A DNA stretch of 64,000 nucleotides from a virus: positions 4,480-68,479 of IMG/VR virus record IMGVR_UViG_3300031726_000003. One strand, 5' to 3'. Below the pieces are notes generated by a model. It made no database searches. It saw only the letters and a list, made by a program, of their open reading frames with translations, and was not told where the DNA came from. A program made the position numbers and the translations under genes. Below are positions 1 through 9,718 of this stretch, piece by piece (within the stretch, counting starts at the first letter, position 1; every line of letters begins with the position of its first letter).

Positions 1-907
1 AGAGGAACTGATCGTTCTGCTCTTCAATCTGGAGCTTGTCTTGCTCACGCTTAACCATCTCCGTCTTGTAAGCCGGAGATGCGCGGAATGCGGCGATATG
101 CGCCTTTGCCTTGGGCGAGTACGCAATGATGATCCAGTTACGAAGCTGCGCCTCGATGTCGCGAGCGACACCGGTTTGCACAGCCGTATTGAGATCGCGC
201 CACTTGCGGTCTGCAACCGCAGTGACAATGCGCTCCCGACGAGATGTAGTAAGACTATCGCGGCTCGCTGGTATTTCATTGAGCCACTCGCTTACTGCCA
301 GACGTGGGTCTTCAGATACCTCGTTAAGAACAAGGTCTCCATAGCCCAGTTGAATAACCAACTGGATAGATAGCCCCCACTGACTGTCGTCAGTATTGGC
401 AGCCTTTTCGTCCTTGATCCATTCAGAGAATGGACGAACGACATGTGCTACCTTTGTAACGACCTTCTTGCTGCCGTCTGGCTGGACTTCCAGCTCACGC
501 TGGGTCATCTCGAAGAGCCATTCGTTACCTTCAGCCCGTGCTACGTGCTTGGCCCAATGCCATACATTACTGGCGTTCTGGATGCCTTGCTCGATAGACA
601 TCGGAGCTATGGTATCGCTCCTGTCAGCGAGGTCAGAGGTTGTAGCAACCTCAGGCTCCTCGTCAAACAGCGGCTCTTCCCTGCCGTTTGCACGCAGGAT
701 TGCACCGATCAGTCCGCAATACGCCATACGAACAGCTTGATTGATGAACTTGGCGTCCGTGATAATATCCACTAACGCTGGGTTCTTGGACTTCTGCGCA
801 GGCTCATACTCGAACACGTATTCAGAAGGCTTACGAGCCTCCATAGACATGATGTTGTCGATGATCCCTGCTTGGATCAGGGCCAGAGTGAGTTGATTAG
901 CATGCAT
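1..907 (-). CDS. Hypothetical protein, runs off the window edge (not in the ORF track)
   Basis: Manual translation from ATG at 907 (MHANQLTLALIQAGIIDN...) stays open to base 1; AGGAG RBS upstream. Confidence 0.75.
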   Translation of the reverse strand, partial: MHANQLTLALIQAGIIDNIMSMEARKPSEYVFEYEPAQKSKNPALVDIITDAKFINQAVRMAYCGLIGAILRANGREEPLFDEEPEVATTSDLADRSDTIAPMSIEQGIQNASNVWHWAKHVARAEGNEWLFEMTQRELEVQPDGSKKVVTKVAHVVRPFSEWIKDEKAANTDDSQWGLSIQLVIQLGYGDLVLNEVSEDPRLAVSEWLNEIPASRDSLTTSRRERIVTAVADRKWRDLNTAVQTGVARDIEAQLRNWIIIAYSPKAKAHIAAFRASPAYKTEMVKREQDKLQIEEQNDQFL

Positions 908-1074
908 GCTAGTCTCCTACCGCACACGCTCGAAGTTACGTGCTGCTCATCAGTATGATGGACAGACCACGTCGCATGTGCAGTCCTATACCCACTGAGC
1001 TTTGGGGTATAAGACTTGGCCTCATCAGTGCACGCCTCACGTGCAGAACGTCTCGCGACGTTTTCGGCCTTAGC

Positions 1075-1236
1075 CTATTCAGGCTTGAACATGGCTATAA
1101 GAGGGACAAGAATGTCCCGGTACGTAGTCATGATCTCAGCGAACTCCGCTGGGGTGATGGTAGAAGCGACTGTTAGTTCGTCTACCTTGCTGTCGGCGCT
1201 GATAACAGCGCCTTTGATTGTGAGCTTGAAGTCCAT
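1075..1236 (-). CDS. Small hypothetical protein (53 aa)
   Basis: MDFKLTIKGAVISADSK...KPE*; AGGAG RBS; directly follows the 1251-1475 gene. Confidence 0.6.
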   Translation of the reverse strand: MDFKLTIKGAVISADSKVDELTVASTITPAEFAEIMTTYRDILVPLIAMFKPE

Positions 1237-1250
1237 GTTGATTCTCCTAG

Positions 1251-1475
1251 TTACTTGCCTGTGAGACCAGCCCAGAAGTTCTGGCTGGCTACCTTTGTTG
1301 CGATGCTACCCTTGCGGATAGTAGAACCAGCCTTGTAGCTGGTACTGGTACGGTCAATGACCTTGTTGGTGGGGACAGCCTTAGCCTTGGCCTTAGCCTT
1401 GACGACCCGACGGGTCGTAGTTGGCTTGGTTGTTTGCTTAACAGCTTGCTTAGTTGTAGTAGTACGAGTTGCCAT
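1251..1475 (-). CDS. Small basic Lys/Thr/Ala-rich protein, possible nucleic-acid binder
   Basis: 74-aa ORF with KAKAKAK tract; AGGAG RBS. Confidence 0.7.
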   Translation of the reverse strand: MATRTTTTKQAVKQTTKPTTTRRVVKAKAKAKAVPTNKVIDRTSTSYKAGSTIRKGSIATKVASQNFWAGLTGK

Positions 1476-1687
1476 GATTTTGTTCTCCTGAACAATGATT
1501 AAAGGGACTCCTTGACCGGTATCGGAAAGTGAATCCGAACCGGCCCACCCATCCGCCGGGGGCGGGGGTGGGTTACCAGCCCAGTATTTTCCTTACCCAC
1601 CCGTGAAAACGAATTCCCTTATATGGTTGTGGATATTATTTTCCTTGCGGATAGTAGAACCAGCCTTGTAGCTGGTACTGGTACGGT
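1310..1687. repeat. Exact 45-nt direct repeat (1310-1354 and 1643-1687)
   Basis: CCTTGCGGATAGTAGAACCAGCCTTGTAGCTGGTACTGGTACGGT present at both positions. Confidence 0.95.
1516..1572. promoter_or_regulatory. Two adjacent GC-rich hairpins upstream of the minus-strand early gene
   Basis: CCGGT-A-TCGGA/TCCGA-ACCGG at 1516-1543 and CCCACCC..CCGCC/GGCGG..GGGTGGG at 1544-1572. Confidence 0.55.
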
Positions 1688-1725
1688 ACCCACCCATGAA
1701 AACGAATCCGAAGCCACCCCCGGCC

Positions 1726-1754
1726 TTCGCAAATACAGGATTCACATATATAAT
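1726..1754 (+). promoter_or_regulatory. Putative sigma70 promoter for the packaging/structural arm
   Basis: TTCGCA (1726-1731), 17 nt, TATAAT (1749-1754) in an AT-rich patch. Confidence 0.6.
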
Positions 1755-1794
1755 TAAAAAAATTTCACACACATATTCAGAGGTAGGACACTGT

Positions 1795-2046
1795 ATGGCG
1801 TTCGATATGAATGATTTTGGCGACTGCATAGTCGGGGTGGTCGAACAGATAGGGCGTTCGAAGGTCGTGTGTTACGATTATGACAAGGTCATCGACAAGA
1901 TGATGCACACTGACGGGATGAGTTACGAGGACGCCGTTGAATATTTCGAGTTCAATATCGGCGCGGCCTATATAGGCGCGGGGAACCCGGCGTTTATGTA
2001 CCGTGGGGATGAGGACGACGTGGGGGTATTACTTGGCACGCCCTAG
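1795..2046 (+). CDS. Conserved-looking small phage hypothetical protein
   Basis: Start at ATG 1795 with GAGG RBS; motif YDYDKVID...MSYEDAVEYFEFNIGAAYIG resembles a common uncharacterised phage family. Confidence 0.7.
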   Translation: MAFDMNDFGDCIVGVVEQIGRSKVVCYDYDKVIDKMMHTDGMSYEDAVEYFEFNIGAAYIGAGNPAFMYRGDEDDVGVLLGTP

Positions 2047-2470
2047 ATCAGAGCTTACGCCCAAGCAGGCAGCCTTCGTGAATGCGAAGATGCTGGGGCA
2101 CAGCAATAATGCAGCAGCCGCTGAAGCCGGGTATTCGACCCCGCATGCTCCTGCGGTGTCTACCACTGTGCAGGAACAGCTCGCCGCTGCTCGCCGGTGG
2201 CTTACGGACACCACGCAGATACGCAGGCTCGATGTGATCGAGGGGATAATCGACGGGATAGAGATGGCGCGGCACCTTGGCGACCCTAACGCAGTGATCA
2301 AGGGGTGGGTGGAGGTCGGAAAGATTCTGGGACACACTGCGCCGGAGGTGAAAGTGACTCACATGACCGTGAATCAGATGAATATCCAGTCGAAATTCCA
2401 ATCGATGAGCGTCGAGGAGTTGTTGGCGATCTCAGAAGGCAGGCCGATGCCCAAGGTTGTCAATGGCTGA
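2003..2470 (+). CDS. terS: Terminase small subunit
   Basis: LTPKQAAFV...AAAAEAGYS HTH-type TerS motif; directly upstream of TerL; exact start uncertain. Confidence 0.8.
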   Translation: MGMRTTWGYYLARPRSELTPKQAAFVNAKMLGHSNNAAAAEAGYSTPHAPAVSTTVQEQLAAARRWLTDTTQIRRLDVIEGIIDGIEMARHLGDPNAVIKGWVEVGKILGHTAPEVKVTHMTVNQMNIQSKFQSMSVEELLAISEGRPMPKVVNG

Positions 2471-4241
2471 CAGAAAATGCGTAGCTTGCGGGCTACGGAA
2501 GCCGCGCTCGGCGTACCCCATGAGCGACTCCGACACTTGCCTTGAGTGTACCCACGCGGATGCAGTCGCCGAAGCAGAAGAAACCCATGTTTTTACCCCC
2601 GAAACCCCGCAGATAATGCCCGCAACGGCTGAAGGCGATGAAGAATCGCTGAGAATTCCGTTCCCGCAGGCAGAAATCGACTACAGCCAGCCCACGATGC
2701 AGGAGCTGGCCGCAAGAACCCTCGCAAACAAGAAATTATTGCACTTCATACGCCGTTTCAGGCCACGATATATGGTCGGATGGGTGCATGAGGACATCTG
2801 CCGCCGCTTGGAGCGGTTCGTAGAGGATGTGGAGAACGAGAAAGAGCCGCGTCTGCTGCTGTGTATGCCTGTCCGGCATGGGAAAAGTGAGATAGCCTCC
2901 CGTCACTTCCCGCCTTGGGTGCTGGGCAGGCATCCTGACTGGGAGATTATAGCGACGAGCGGGGCGCAGTCTCTCGCACTGTCGTTCTCGCGTTATCAGC
3001 GCGATATGATGCGCGACCAGAGCTATCAGACCGTGTTCCCCGGAGCTGAGCTTGACCCGCAGTCGCAGTCCGTAGAGAACTGGAACATGCTGGCCGGCGG
3101 GGGATATCTGGCCGCAGGCATCGGGACGATGATTACCGGGCGCGGGGCAAATATTCTCATAGTGGACGACCCAGTGAAGGACGCAGAGGCGGCTGATTCG
3201 CAGGTGATACGAGACAACAACTGGGAGTGGTTCCTGTCTACTGCCCAGTCTCGCCTCGCCCCCGGTGGAGGCGTGTTGATCATAATGACGTGGTGGAACG
3301 AAGATGATCTCGCGGGGCGGGTACAGGTGCTATCCGGCATAGAGGGTGCCGATACTTATGAGGTGGTGAAGTACCCCGCCATAAACGAGCTGGGCGACGA
3401 GTACATCATGCCGGACGACACGGTAGTAGAGCTTCCGCCCGGGTCGGTTGTCCCCGAGGGGGCTAGGCTTACGCGTCTGCACAACACTGCGTTGCATCCG
3501 GAACGGTACACGCTGGAGAGTTTGCAGCGGCGCAAGGCGACATATTACGCGCTGGGGCAGCAGCGGTGGTGGGCAGCGCTGTATCAGCAGAACCCCACAC
3601 CGGAGGAGGGGGCGTTCTTCACGAAGAGCATGTTCCGGATGTACCAGCATGAGCCAAACACGCGTGGGGCGAATGTATATCAGGCGTGGGACTTCGCCAT
3701 CACCGAGAGCAGCCTGAACGACTACACGGTAGGTTGTACCGTGATGCAGGACGAGTTCGACAATATATACGTGCTCGATGTGTTCCGGTTCCGGTCTGGC
3801 GACGGTATTGACCTGATGACGACGGTGGTTGATTACGCTATCGCGTGGCAGCCGACGCTGATAGGGTTCGAGGACGGGCAGATTTGGAAAGCGCTGGAGA
3901 CCACGTTCACAAAGACGTGCGGGTTCAAGCATTATTATCCCAGCTACGAGGTGCTGAAGCCGCTGTCTGACAAGATGGTGCGGGCGCAGCCGCTCAGAGG
4001 GCGCATGCAGTCAGGGAAGTTATGGTGGCCGGAGAAGGCGGCATGGTTCGACGCGCTGAAGCAGGAGTTCCTTCGGTTCCCTGCGGGTAAGCACGACGAC
4101 CAGATTGACTCGCTGGCATGGTGCGTGCGCCTGACGCTGAGCAAGAGCGCGCCGCGCATCGCGGAGCCGCCGAGAATAAAAGGGTGGCGCGACAGACTGG
4201 CGGAGATGGACTTCTCCGGCACCAGCCACATGGCGGCGTAG
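2463..4241 (+). CDS. terL: Terminase large subunit
   Basis: Walker A PVRHGKS, Walker B ILIVDDP, LYQQNP, nuclease motifs AWDFA and HDDQIDS. Confidence 0.97.
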   Translation: MADRKCVACGLRKPRSAYPMSDSDTCLECTHADAVAEAEETHVFTPETPQIMPATAEGDEESLRIPFPQAEIDYSQPTMQELAARTLANKKLLHFIRRFRPRYMVGWVHEDICRRLERFVEDVENEKEPRLLLCMPVRHGKSEIASRHFPPWVLGRHPDWEIIATSGAQSLALSFSRYQRDMMRDQSYQTVFPGAELDPQSQSVENWNMLAGGGYLAAGIGTMITGRGANILIVDDPVKDAEAADSQVIRDNNWEWFLSTAQSRLAPGGGVLIIMTWWNEDDLAGRVQVLSGIEGADTYEVVKYPAINELGDEYIMPDDTVVELPPGSVVPEGARLTRLHNTALHPERYTLESLQRRKATYYALGQQRWWAALYQQNPTPEEGAFFTKSMFRMYQHEPNTRGANVYQAWDFAITESSLNDYTVGCTVMQDEFDNIYVLDVFRFRSGDGIDLMTTVVDYAIAWQPTLIGFEDGQIWKALETTFTKTCGFKHYYPSYEVLKPLSDKMVRAQPLRGRMQSGKLWWPEKAAWFDALKQEFLRFPAGKHDDQIDSLAWCVRLTLSKSAPRIAEPPRIKGWRDRLAEMDFSGTSHMAA

Positions 4242-4246
4242 CGCGC

Positions 4247-6472
4247 ATGAAGCCGGTAGAGTTCTTCCCGTCTCGCTTCGCACGCCCACCGAAGCGGTTC
4301 CGTGTGGCAGTCATCGGTATGGCGCAGGCCATGAAGCACAGGCGCAGCCGCGCGAGCATAACGGCTGGGTGGACGGCGCTGATGCAGCGCGTACGAGCCA
4401 CGGTAAGAATATTCTATACACGCACCACAGGGCTGTGGATGGGGGCCACGCTGCGCGTGTCGCACAACGCTCCCGACACGTTTCTTCCCACGTCGCATTT
4501 TATCTACATAAAGAACCGCGTGTCGGTCCCGCGCAGCGTGTTCCTCCTGAACGAGCCGGACTTCACACACGACAGCGTCGGTACAATCGAGTACGCCAAT
4601 CTGGCGCGTAACGCATCTGTGCAGAGTTACAACCGCCCTCACAGCGGGGAAGAGGCGTGGTCGGTGTACTTCGACGCAGGTCTGGACGTGCTCAGCGACG
4701 TCGGCGGGAACTTCACTACCTTCACGTTGTATGCACTGGACGAGCAGATGCGAATTCCGGTGAAGGTGTACGGTACCCACGATGACTTGACCCAGCTCTC
4801 GACGGCGAGCGCAGCGGGTCTCGTCCCCGGCGTGCTGTGTTATAGCCTAGACCGGCGCGCTGTGGTTTTGATACACGTGAGCGACTCTATCGCCGACTTG
4901 ACCGGCGCTGTGTTTGCTGTGTTCATCGGCGGCACAGCCGGCGTGTTGTCGGAGTTCGACGGTACGACACCGTTGGAGGCGCCCTTAGTAAGGGTGTATA
5001 CATATGCCCATCCGGGTATGTTCTACGCAAGCACTACCATGCTCACCAAGATACACACCGGCACGACTGCCCTGATCGACGTGGAGTGGGCGTATATGAC
5101 GGGTCCAGCGGCGCCCTTCGAGTATACGCATGACTACGTAGTGGTGTCAGGTAAGACACAGACGGCGGACGTGGTGGGGGACCTGCAGATGTACGCGCTG
5201 TACAACACTCCCCCGTACCTCATGCGTACGTTCCCACTGGCTCACTACGCCCCGTCGACATATACGATAATGTCGTACATCGGGGGCACTGACAGCATAA
5301 ACCGGTTCTTGTCGTACTTCGCCCTCCTCCCTGACGGGAACTGGGAGCAGGGCACGATCCCATTCGGCGGGTCGGAGTTTCAGTATCCGGACGCAAACCT
5401 GCACGGGCTGTTCAGAAGCGTGGTGTACTTCACCGATAAAGGCGAGCGAGTGGTAGGTACGTCAGTGGGTGAATACATCTATGTGGAAATATCCGGTACA
5501 TGGGGGATATGGGGGCACTACGTTACATTCGGGGCCGCGTCATTCTACTGCGTAGACACAAGCTCCCCAGCTTCAGGGTTTGCCTCCGCCCCCACGCACT
5601 GTAACGACGGCTTGACTCGGGTGTTGTTCTGGGGGGCGGGGTTCACGTCCATTGATGAGATGATGGCGAACTTGCCCAACCCGAACCTGTACTACGCGGG
5701 ATACAGCACACTGTGGGAGATATGCGCAGAGACCGGTACCGCCACACGGCTGGAGGCAGCCGGAGGGCACCCCGGATGGATACGTTCAGAGGACTACCTC
5801 CACTGGTCCACCCTCTATGGGGGCTCCGGGCGGATAGGGCTGTATGCGTCCAGTGGAAGACACAGGGTGGTGGAGATACGGGTAGAATCGCCCGGCGTCA
5901 CGTTCTCCCGCCTGTACTACACGGACGACAGTGGGGGCTGGAAATTACTCGTAGAGGCGAACAGCTCGAATGTGTTGCTTACTGGGGAGGAGGTAGGGCA
6001 CGTATGCTCCACTGCATGCGACGTCATAGTAGCCGTTTCCGGTAGGGTGTTCGACTCCGCAACAGACCCGGCGGTGTTCTCGCTATACAGCACTCGCGAC
6101 GCAGTCTTGAAGGAGATATACAAGTTCACCCACCCATCCGGGATCACTACAGGGTCGTGGACGTTCGGCACCATGCGCGTAGACGACACCGGGGAGAATG
6201 TCTACCTGATGGCGTCATATGTGGAGGAGGTTGATTACTGGAACGTGACCCCTGCGGTTGTGGTGCGGATACTCCACATCGACATGAAGCATGCGAAGGT
6301 GTACGTGCCGTATGAAGAGCGGTTCGGAGATACCCCGGCAGCGGAGCAGATGCGGGGTATCTACCCAGCAGGGAATTATTTCGGATATACCACGCGGATG
6401 TGCTTTGACACACAGGGGTTCGTAAATACAAGCGGAAACTCGTTCTACCTCGTCGTGCGAGAAATCTATTAA
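4247..6472 (+). CDS. Large hypothetical beta-rich protein (741 aa), possibly virion-associated
   Basis: Long ORF from ATG 4247; aromatic/Gly/Thr-rich; no motif recognised. Confidence 0.7.
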   Translation: MKPVEFFPSRFARPPKRFRVAVIGMAQAMKHRRSRASITAGWTALMQRVRATVRIFYTRTTGLWMGATLRVSHNAPDTFLPTSHFIYIKNRVSVPRSVFLLNEPDFTHDSVGTIEYANLARNASVQSYNRPHSGEEAWSVYFDAGLDVLSDVGGNFTTFTLYALDEQMRIPVKVYGTHDDLTQLSTASAAGLVPGVLCYSLDRRAVVLIHVSDSIADLTGAVFAVFIGGTAGVLSEFDGTTPLEAPLVRVYTYAHPGMFYASTTMLTKIHTGTTALIDVEWAYMTGPAAPFEYTHDYVVVSGKTQTADVVGDLQMYALYNTPPYLMRTFPLAHYAPSTYTIMSYIGGTDSINRFLSYFALLPDGNWEQGTIPFGGSEFQYPDANLHGLFRSVVYFTDKGERVVGTSVGEYIYVEISGTWGIWGHYVTFGAASFYCVDTSSPASGFASAPTHCNDGLTRVLFWGAGFTSIDEMMANLPNPNLYYAGYSTLWEICAETGTATRLEAAGGHPGWIRSEDYLHWSTLYGGSGRIGLYASSGRHRVVEIRVESPGVTFSRLYYTDDSGGWKLLVEANSSNVLLTGEEVGHVCSTACDVIVAVSGRVFDSATDPAVFSLYSTRDAVLKEIYKFTHPSGITTGSWTFGTMRVDDTGENVYLMASYVEEVDYWNVTPAVVVRILHIDMKHAKVYVPYEERFGDTPAAEQMRGIYPAGNYFGYTTRMCFDTQGFVNTSGNSFYLVVREIY

Positions 6473-6479
6473 CCTGCCA

Positions 6480-6509
6480 TTGACTGTTTACGACGCTTTC
6501 TGATATTCT
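6480..6509 (+). promoter_or_regulatory. Putative sigma70 promoter upstream of the portal gene
   Basis: TTGACT, 18 nt, TATTCT with extended -10 TG. Confidence 0.6.
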
Positions 6510-6536
6510 CAAACGCACTCCAAGAGGACTCGCGAT

Positions 6537-8705
6537 ATGCCAATAAATGATGATGTATCAACAGAGCAGTGGTATCGTTATCGCTGGATGGTGGAGCGCG
6601 GTCATTATCAGTTTCTTGAAAAAGCATACAAGTGTGATCAGTTCTTCGCAGGAGAGCAGTGGAACGAGACAGACATCAACGCGCTAAAATTGCAGAAGCG
6701 CCCGGCGATGACTATCAACAAGATCATCTCCACTGTAGGCACAATCATGGGGGAGCAGATTTACAACCGCAACGAGGTGCTGTTCAGGCCATCTAACGGC
6801 GCCACACCAGAAGTGGCAGAAGCTCTATCGAAGGTCTGGATGCAGGTCTCCCAGAACAACCAGCTCCCGTGGGTACGCTCAGATGTGTTCGCGGATGGCA
6901 TTATCCGTTCACGTGGTTTCTACGACGTACGCATGGACTTCAACGACGCCATGCAGGGCGAGGTCCGAATATCCCAGTTGAACAGCAAGAACGTAATCAT
7001 CGATCCAGACGCGGAGGAGTACGACCCCGACATGTGGAACGACGTGATCATCACCAAGTGGCTCACGGCTGATGACATCGAGGTACTGTACGACAAGGAA
7101 GACGCGGACTACTTTCGTACGAAGGTAGAGTCCTCGTTCCCATATTCATATGACTCCGTAGAACGCTACCGTGATCGCTTCGCCAGTCAGATGTTGGGCG
7201 GGGCGTACTACGGCATGCTTGATCGCACGTTCGTGCGCCGGTCAGTCCGCACGTTGGAGCGGCAGTATCGAAAGATGGACAAGCAGAACCACTTCGTCGA
7301 CATCGAGACTGGCGATATGCGCCCGGTGCCTGACGGTTGGGACAGGAACAAGATTTCCTCTGTGCTGGAGAAGGCGCAGGGCCAGCTCAACGTCATCAAG
7401 CGTACCGTCAAGCGAATCCGCTGGACAGTTACAGCAGACAATTTGGTCCTGCACGACGACTGGTCTCCATACAAGCACTTCACTGTAGTCCCATACTTCC
7501 CGCATTTCCGCTATGGCAAGACCATAGGCATCGTAGAGAATCTGCTTGGACCACAGGAAATCCTGAACAAGGTGTCCAGTCAAGAGCTTCATATTGTGAA
7601 CACAACGGCTAATTCCGGCTGGAAAGTCAGGGCAGGCGCGCTGCGTAACATGTCTATCGAGGATTTGGAGCAGAGCGGGGCGCAGACCGGGCTGGTGCTG
7701 GAACTCGACGACATCAACAACGCCGAGAAGATTCAGCCTAACCAGACTCCTACCGGGCTTGACCGTATCAGCTATAAGGCCGAAGAACACATCAAGTCTA
7801 TCTCTAACGTCAGTGATTCCATGCAGGGGTTCGACAGGGAGGACGTAGCTGCGAAGGCCATCGCCTACAAGCAGCAGCGCGGGTCTGTGAACCTGACCAA
7901 GGTCATGGACAACCTTGAGCGTTCCGATTGGATACTCGCACGTAATGTGCTCGACCTGATACAGGAGTATTACACGGAGCACCGCATCGTTACGATCACG
8001 CACGACGACGTGCTCAAGGAGCCAGAGACGATAGAGGTGAACAAGGCCGACCCCACTACAAGCGCAATAACCAACGACCTCACGTTGGGCGAGTACCAGA
8101 TCACCATCACCTCGCAACCATTCCGCGCGACGATGGAGGACAGCCAGTTCGAACAAGCACGCGCACTGAAAGAGATTGGCGTGGCTATCCCGGACAGCGT
8201 ACTTATCGAGGCCAGCCGCCTGCAGCGCAAGGGGGATATTCTCAAGCAGATGTCCGGCGACCAAGAGACTCCGGAGGCACAAGCGGCGAAAGCACTACAA
8301 CAGCGTCAAGCCGAGGCTGAGGTAGGCAAGCTGGAGGCGGAGGTTGCAGACAAGCATGCCGACGCCAGCCTGAAGACCGCGCGTGCGCAGAAAGAAGGAA
8401 TGGAGGCGCAGGGCGGGACGGGCGCCGAGATGGCTAAGATGGAGCGCGAGCACGAGATGGAGAAGGAGCGCACCGGCATGGAGATGGACATGAAGCGCGA
8501 GGAGATGGACATGAAGCGCGAGGAATTCCAGATGAAGCTGCAGTTCGAGCGTGAGAAGCATGAGCAGGACATGAAGATAAGGGCGGAGGAGGCAGCGCAG
8601 CAGGCCGAAGACAGGCGGCAGGACGCTATACTCAAACGCCAGCAGATGTTGCAGCAGCAAGAAGAGCAGGAAGATGAACCCACCTCACACGAAGGAGAAA
8701 TGTAA
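6537..8705 (+). CDS. Portal protein (P22 gp1-like) with C-terminal coiled-coil barrel
   Basis: FFAGEQW...RPAMTINKI N-terminal motif, HFTVVPYF, long E/K/M/Q-rich helical tail; position after terminase. Confidence 0.92.
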   Translation: MPINDDVSTEQWYRYRWMVERGHYQFLEKAYKCDQFFAGEQWNETDINALKLQKRPAMTINKIISTVGTIMGEQIYNRNEVLFRPSNGATPEVAEALSKVWMQVSQNNQLPWVRSDVFADGIIRSRGFYDVRMDFNDAMQGEVRISQLNSKNVIIDPDAEEYDPDMWNDVIITKWLTADDIEVLYDKEDADYFRTKVESSFPYSYDSVERYRDRFASQMLGGAYYGMLDRTFVRRSVRTLERQYRKMDKQNHFVDIETGDMRPVPDGWDRNKISSVLEKAQGQLNVIKRTVKRIRWTVTADNLVLHDDWSPYKHFTVVPYFPHFRYGKTIGIVENLLGPQEILNKVSSQELHIVNTTANSGWKVRAGALRNMSIEDLEQSGAQTGLVLELDDINNAEKIQPNQTPTGLDRISYKAEEHIKSISNVSDSMQGFDREDVAAKAIAYKQQRGSVNLTKVMDNLERSDWILARNVLDLIQEYYTEHRIVTITHDDVLKEPETIEVNKADPTTSAITNDLTLGEYQITITSQPFRATMEDSQFEQARALKEIGVAIPDSVLIEASRLQRKGDILKQMSGDQETPEAQAAKALQQRQAEAEVGKLEAEVADKHADASLKTARAQKEGMEAQGGTGAEMAKMEREHEMEKERTGMEMDMKREEMDMKREEFQMKLQFEREKHEQDMKIRAEEAAQQAEDRRQDAILKRQQMLQQQEEQEDEPTSHEGEM

Positions 8706-9655
8706 TGAAACTATTCCAACGGCTACTGAACTTCTACATCATGCGCGCCGTAGACGGCGATGATGGCGGAGCTGTAGATCGCGGCGATGCTGTAGTCGCC
8801 GGTGAAGTTGAAGCACCCGCCGAGGCAGAAGCAGCGGCGGAAGAAGCGCCGGAGGAGAGCGTTGACGAACAACCACGCGGCGAGGACGGCAAGTTCGCCA
8901 AGAAGGACGGTCCTATCAGTATTCCAAAGGCTGAATTTGACCGCCGTATAGAGCAGTCGCGCTTGGCGAAGGAGGCGGCAGAAGCACGTGCTGCCGATCT
9001 GGAGCGACAGATTCAGCAACAGACACAGAACGCGGACATCAAGGCGTTGAAAGAGCAGCGAGCTGTCATCAGTGAGAAGCTGGAGACTGCCCGCATGGAG
9101 GGCGACAAGGATCGCGCACTGGAGCTTGGGCGTCAGGTAGAGGCGATCACAGAGCAGATCGAGGACGTGAAGCTGGCGAACAACACCGATAGAATCCGCG
9201 CCGAAGCCCGTGAAGAAGTGCGCATGGACCTGACTATTGAGCGGCTCGAGGCGGCGTATGACATTCTACGTCCAGACTCAGAAACGTTCGATCAGGATGT
9301 GGTTGACATGGTATTGGCTACTCAGCGCGACCTTATGGCGCGCGAGCGTCTACCAGCCAGCCGCGCGTTGGAGACTGCGGTGACGAAGGTGATGTCGAAG
9401 GTCATGCCTGCGGCTACCGACGACACGAAGTCTACCGGCCTGTCTGCGGCGAAAGGCTCAGACCGAGCCAAGCAGCAGGTAGCAAAGAATCTGGACACGA
9501 CGAAACGCCAGCCCGCCAGCATGAAAGAGGTGGGTGAGGACAGCGACACCAGAGGTCAGCGCGCTGCTGATCCCGACGTGGCGGACATGTCCTTCGAGGA
9601 GTTCTCGGCGTTGCCGGATGCAACGAAAGCCCGCTTGCGCGGTGACTCAATTTAG
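8705..9655 (+). CDS. Capsid scaffolding protein
   Basis: Acidic coiled-coil with RGEDGKFAK motif; between portal and capsid. Confidence 0.8.
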   Translation: MKLFQRLLNFYIMRAVDGDDGGAVDRGDAVVAGEVEAPAEAEAAAEEAPEESVDEQPRGEDGKFAKKDGPISIPKAEFDRRIEQSRLAKEAAEARAADLERQIQQQTQNADIKALKEQRAVISEKLETARMEGDKDRALELGRQVEAITEQIEDVKLANNTDRIRAEAREEVRMDLTIERLEAAYDILRPDSETFDQDVVDMVLATQRDLMARERLPASRALETAVTKVMSKVMPAATDDTKSTGLSAAKGSDRAKQQVAKNLDTTKRQPASMKEVGEDSDTRGQRAADPDVADMSFEEFSALPDATKARLRGDSI

Positions 9656-9664
9656 GAGACTGAT

Positions 9665-9718
9665 ATGGCATGTAAACCAAAGAAGTCCGGCGGTAAAAAG
9701 CCACCCAAGAAATGTTGA
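9665..9718 (+). CDS. 17-aa basic micro-ORF MACKPKKSGGKKPPKKC
   Basis: AGGAG RBS a few nt upstream of ATG 9665; TGA at 9716-9718. Confidence 0.5.
   Translation: MACKPKKSGGKKPPKKC

Noticed and set aside
41-1264. Plus-strand ORFs listed in the track
   Set aside because: The minus strand has RBS-led frames (1-907 and 1075-1236) that explain the region better
1594-1707. Canonical CRISPR mini-array
   Set aside because: Only two 21-nt repeats with a 72-nt interval, no typical repeat palindrome and no cas genes; kept as a finding, not a CRISPR call
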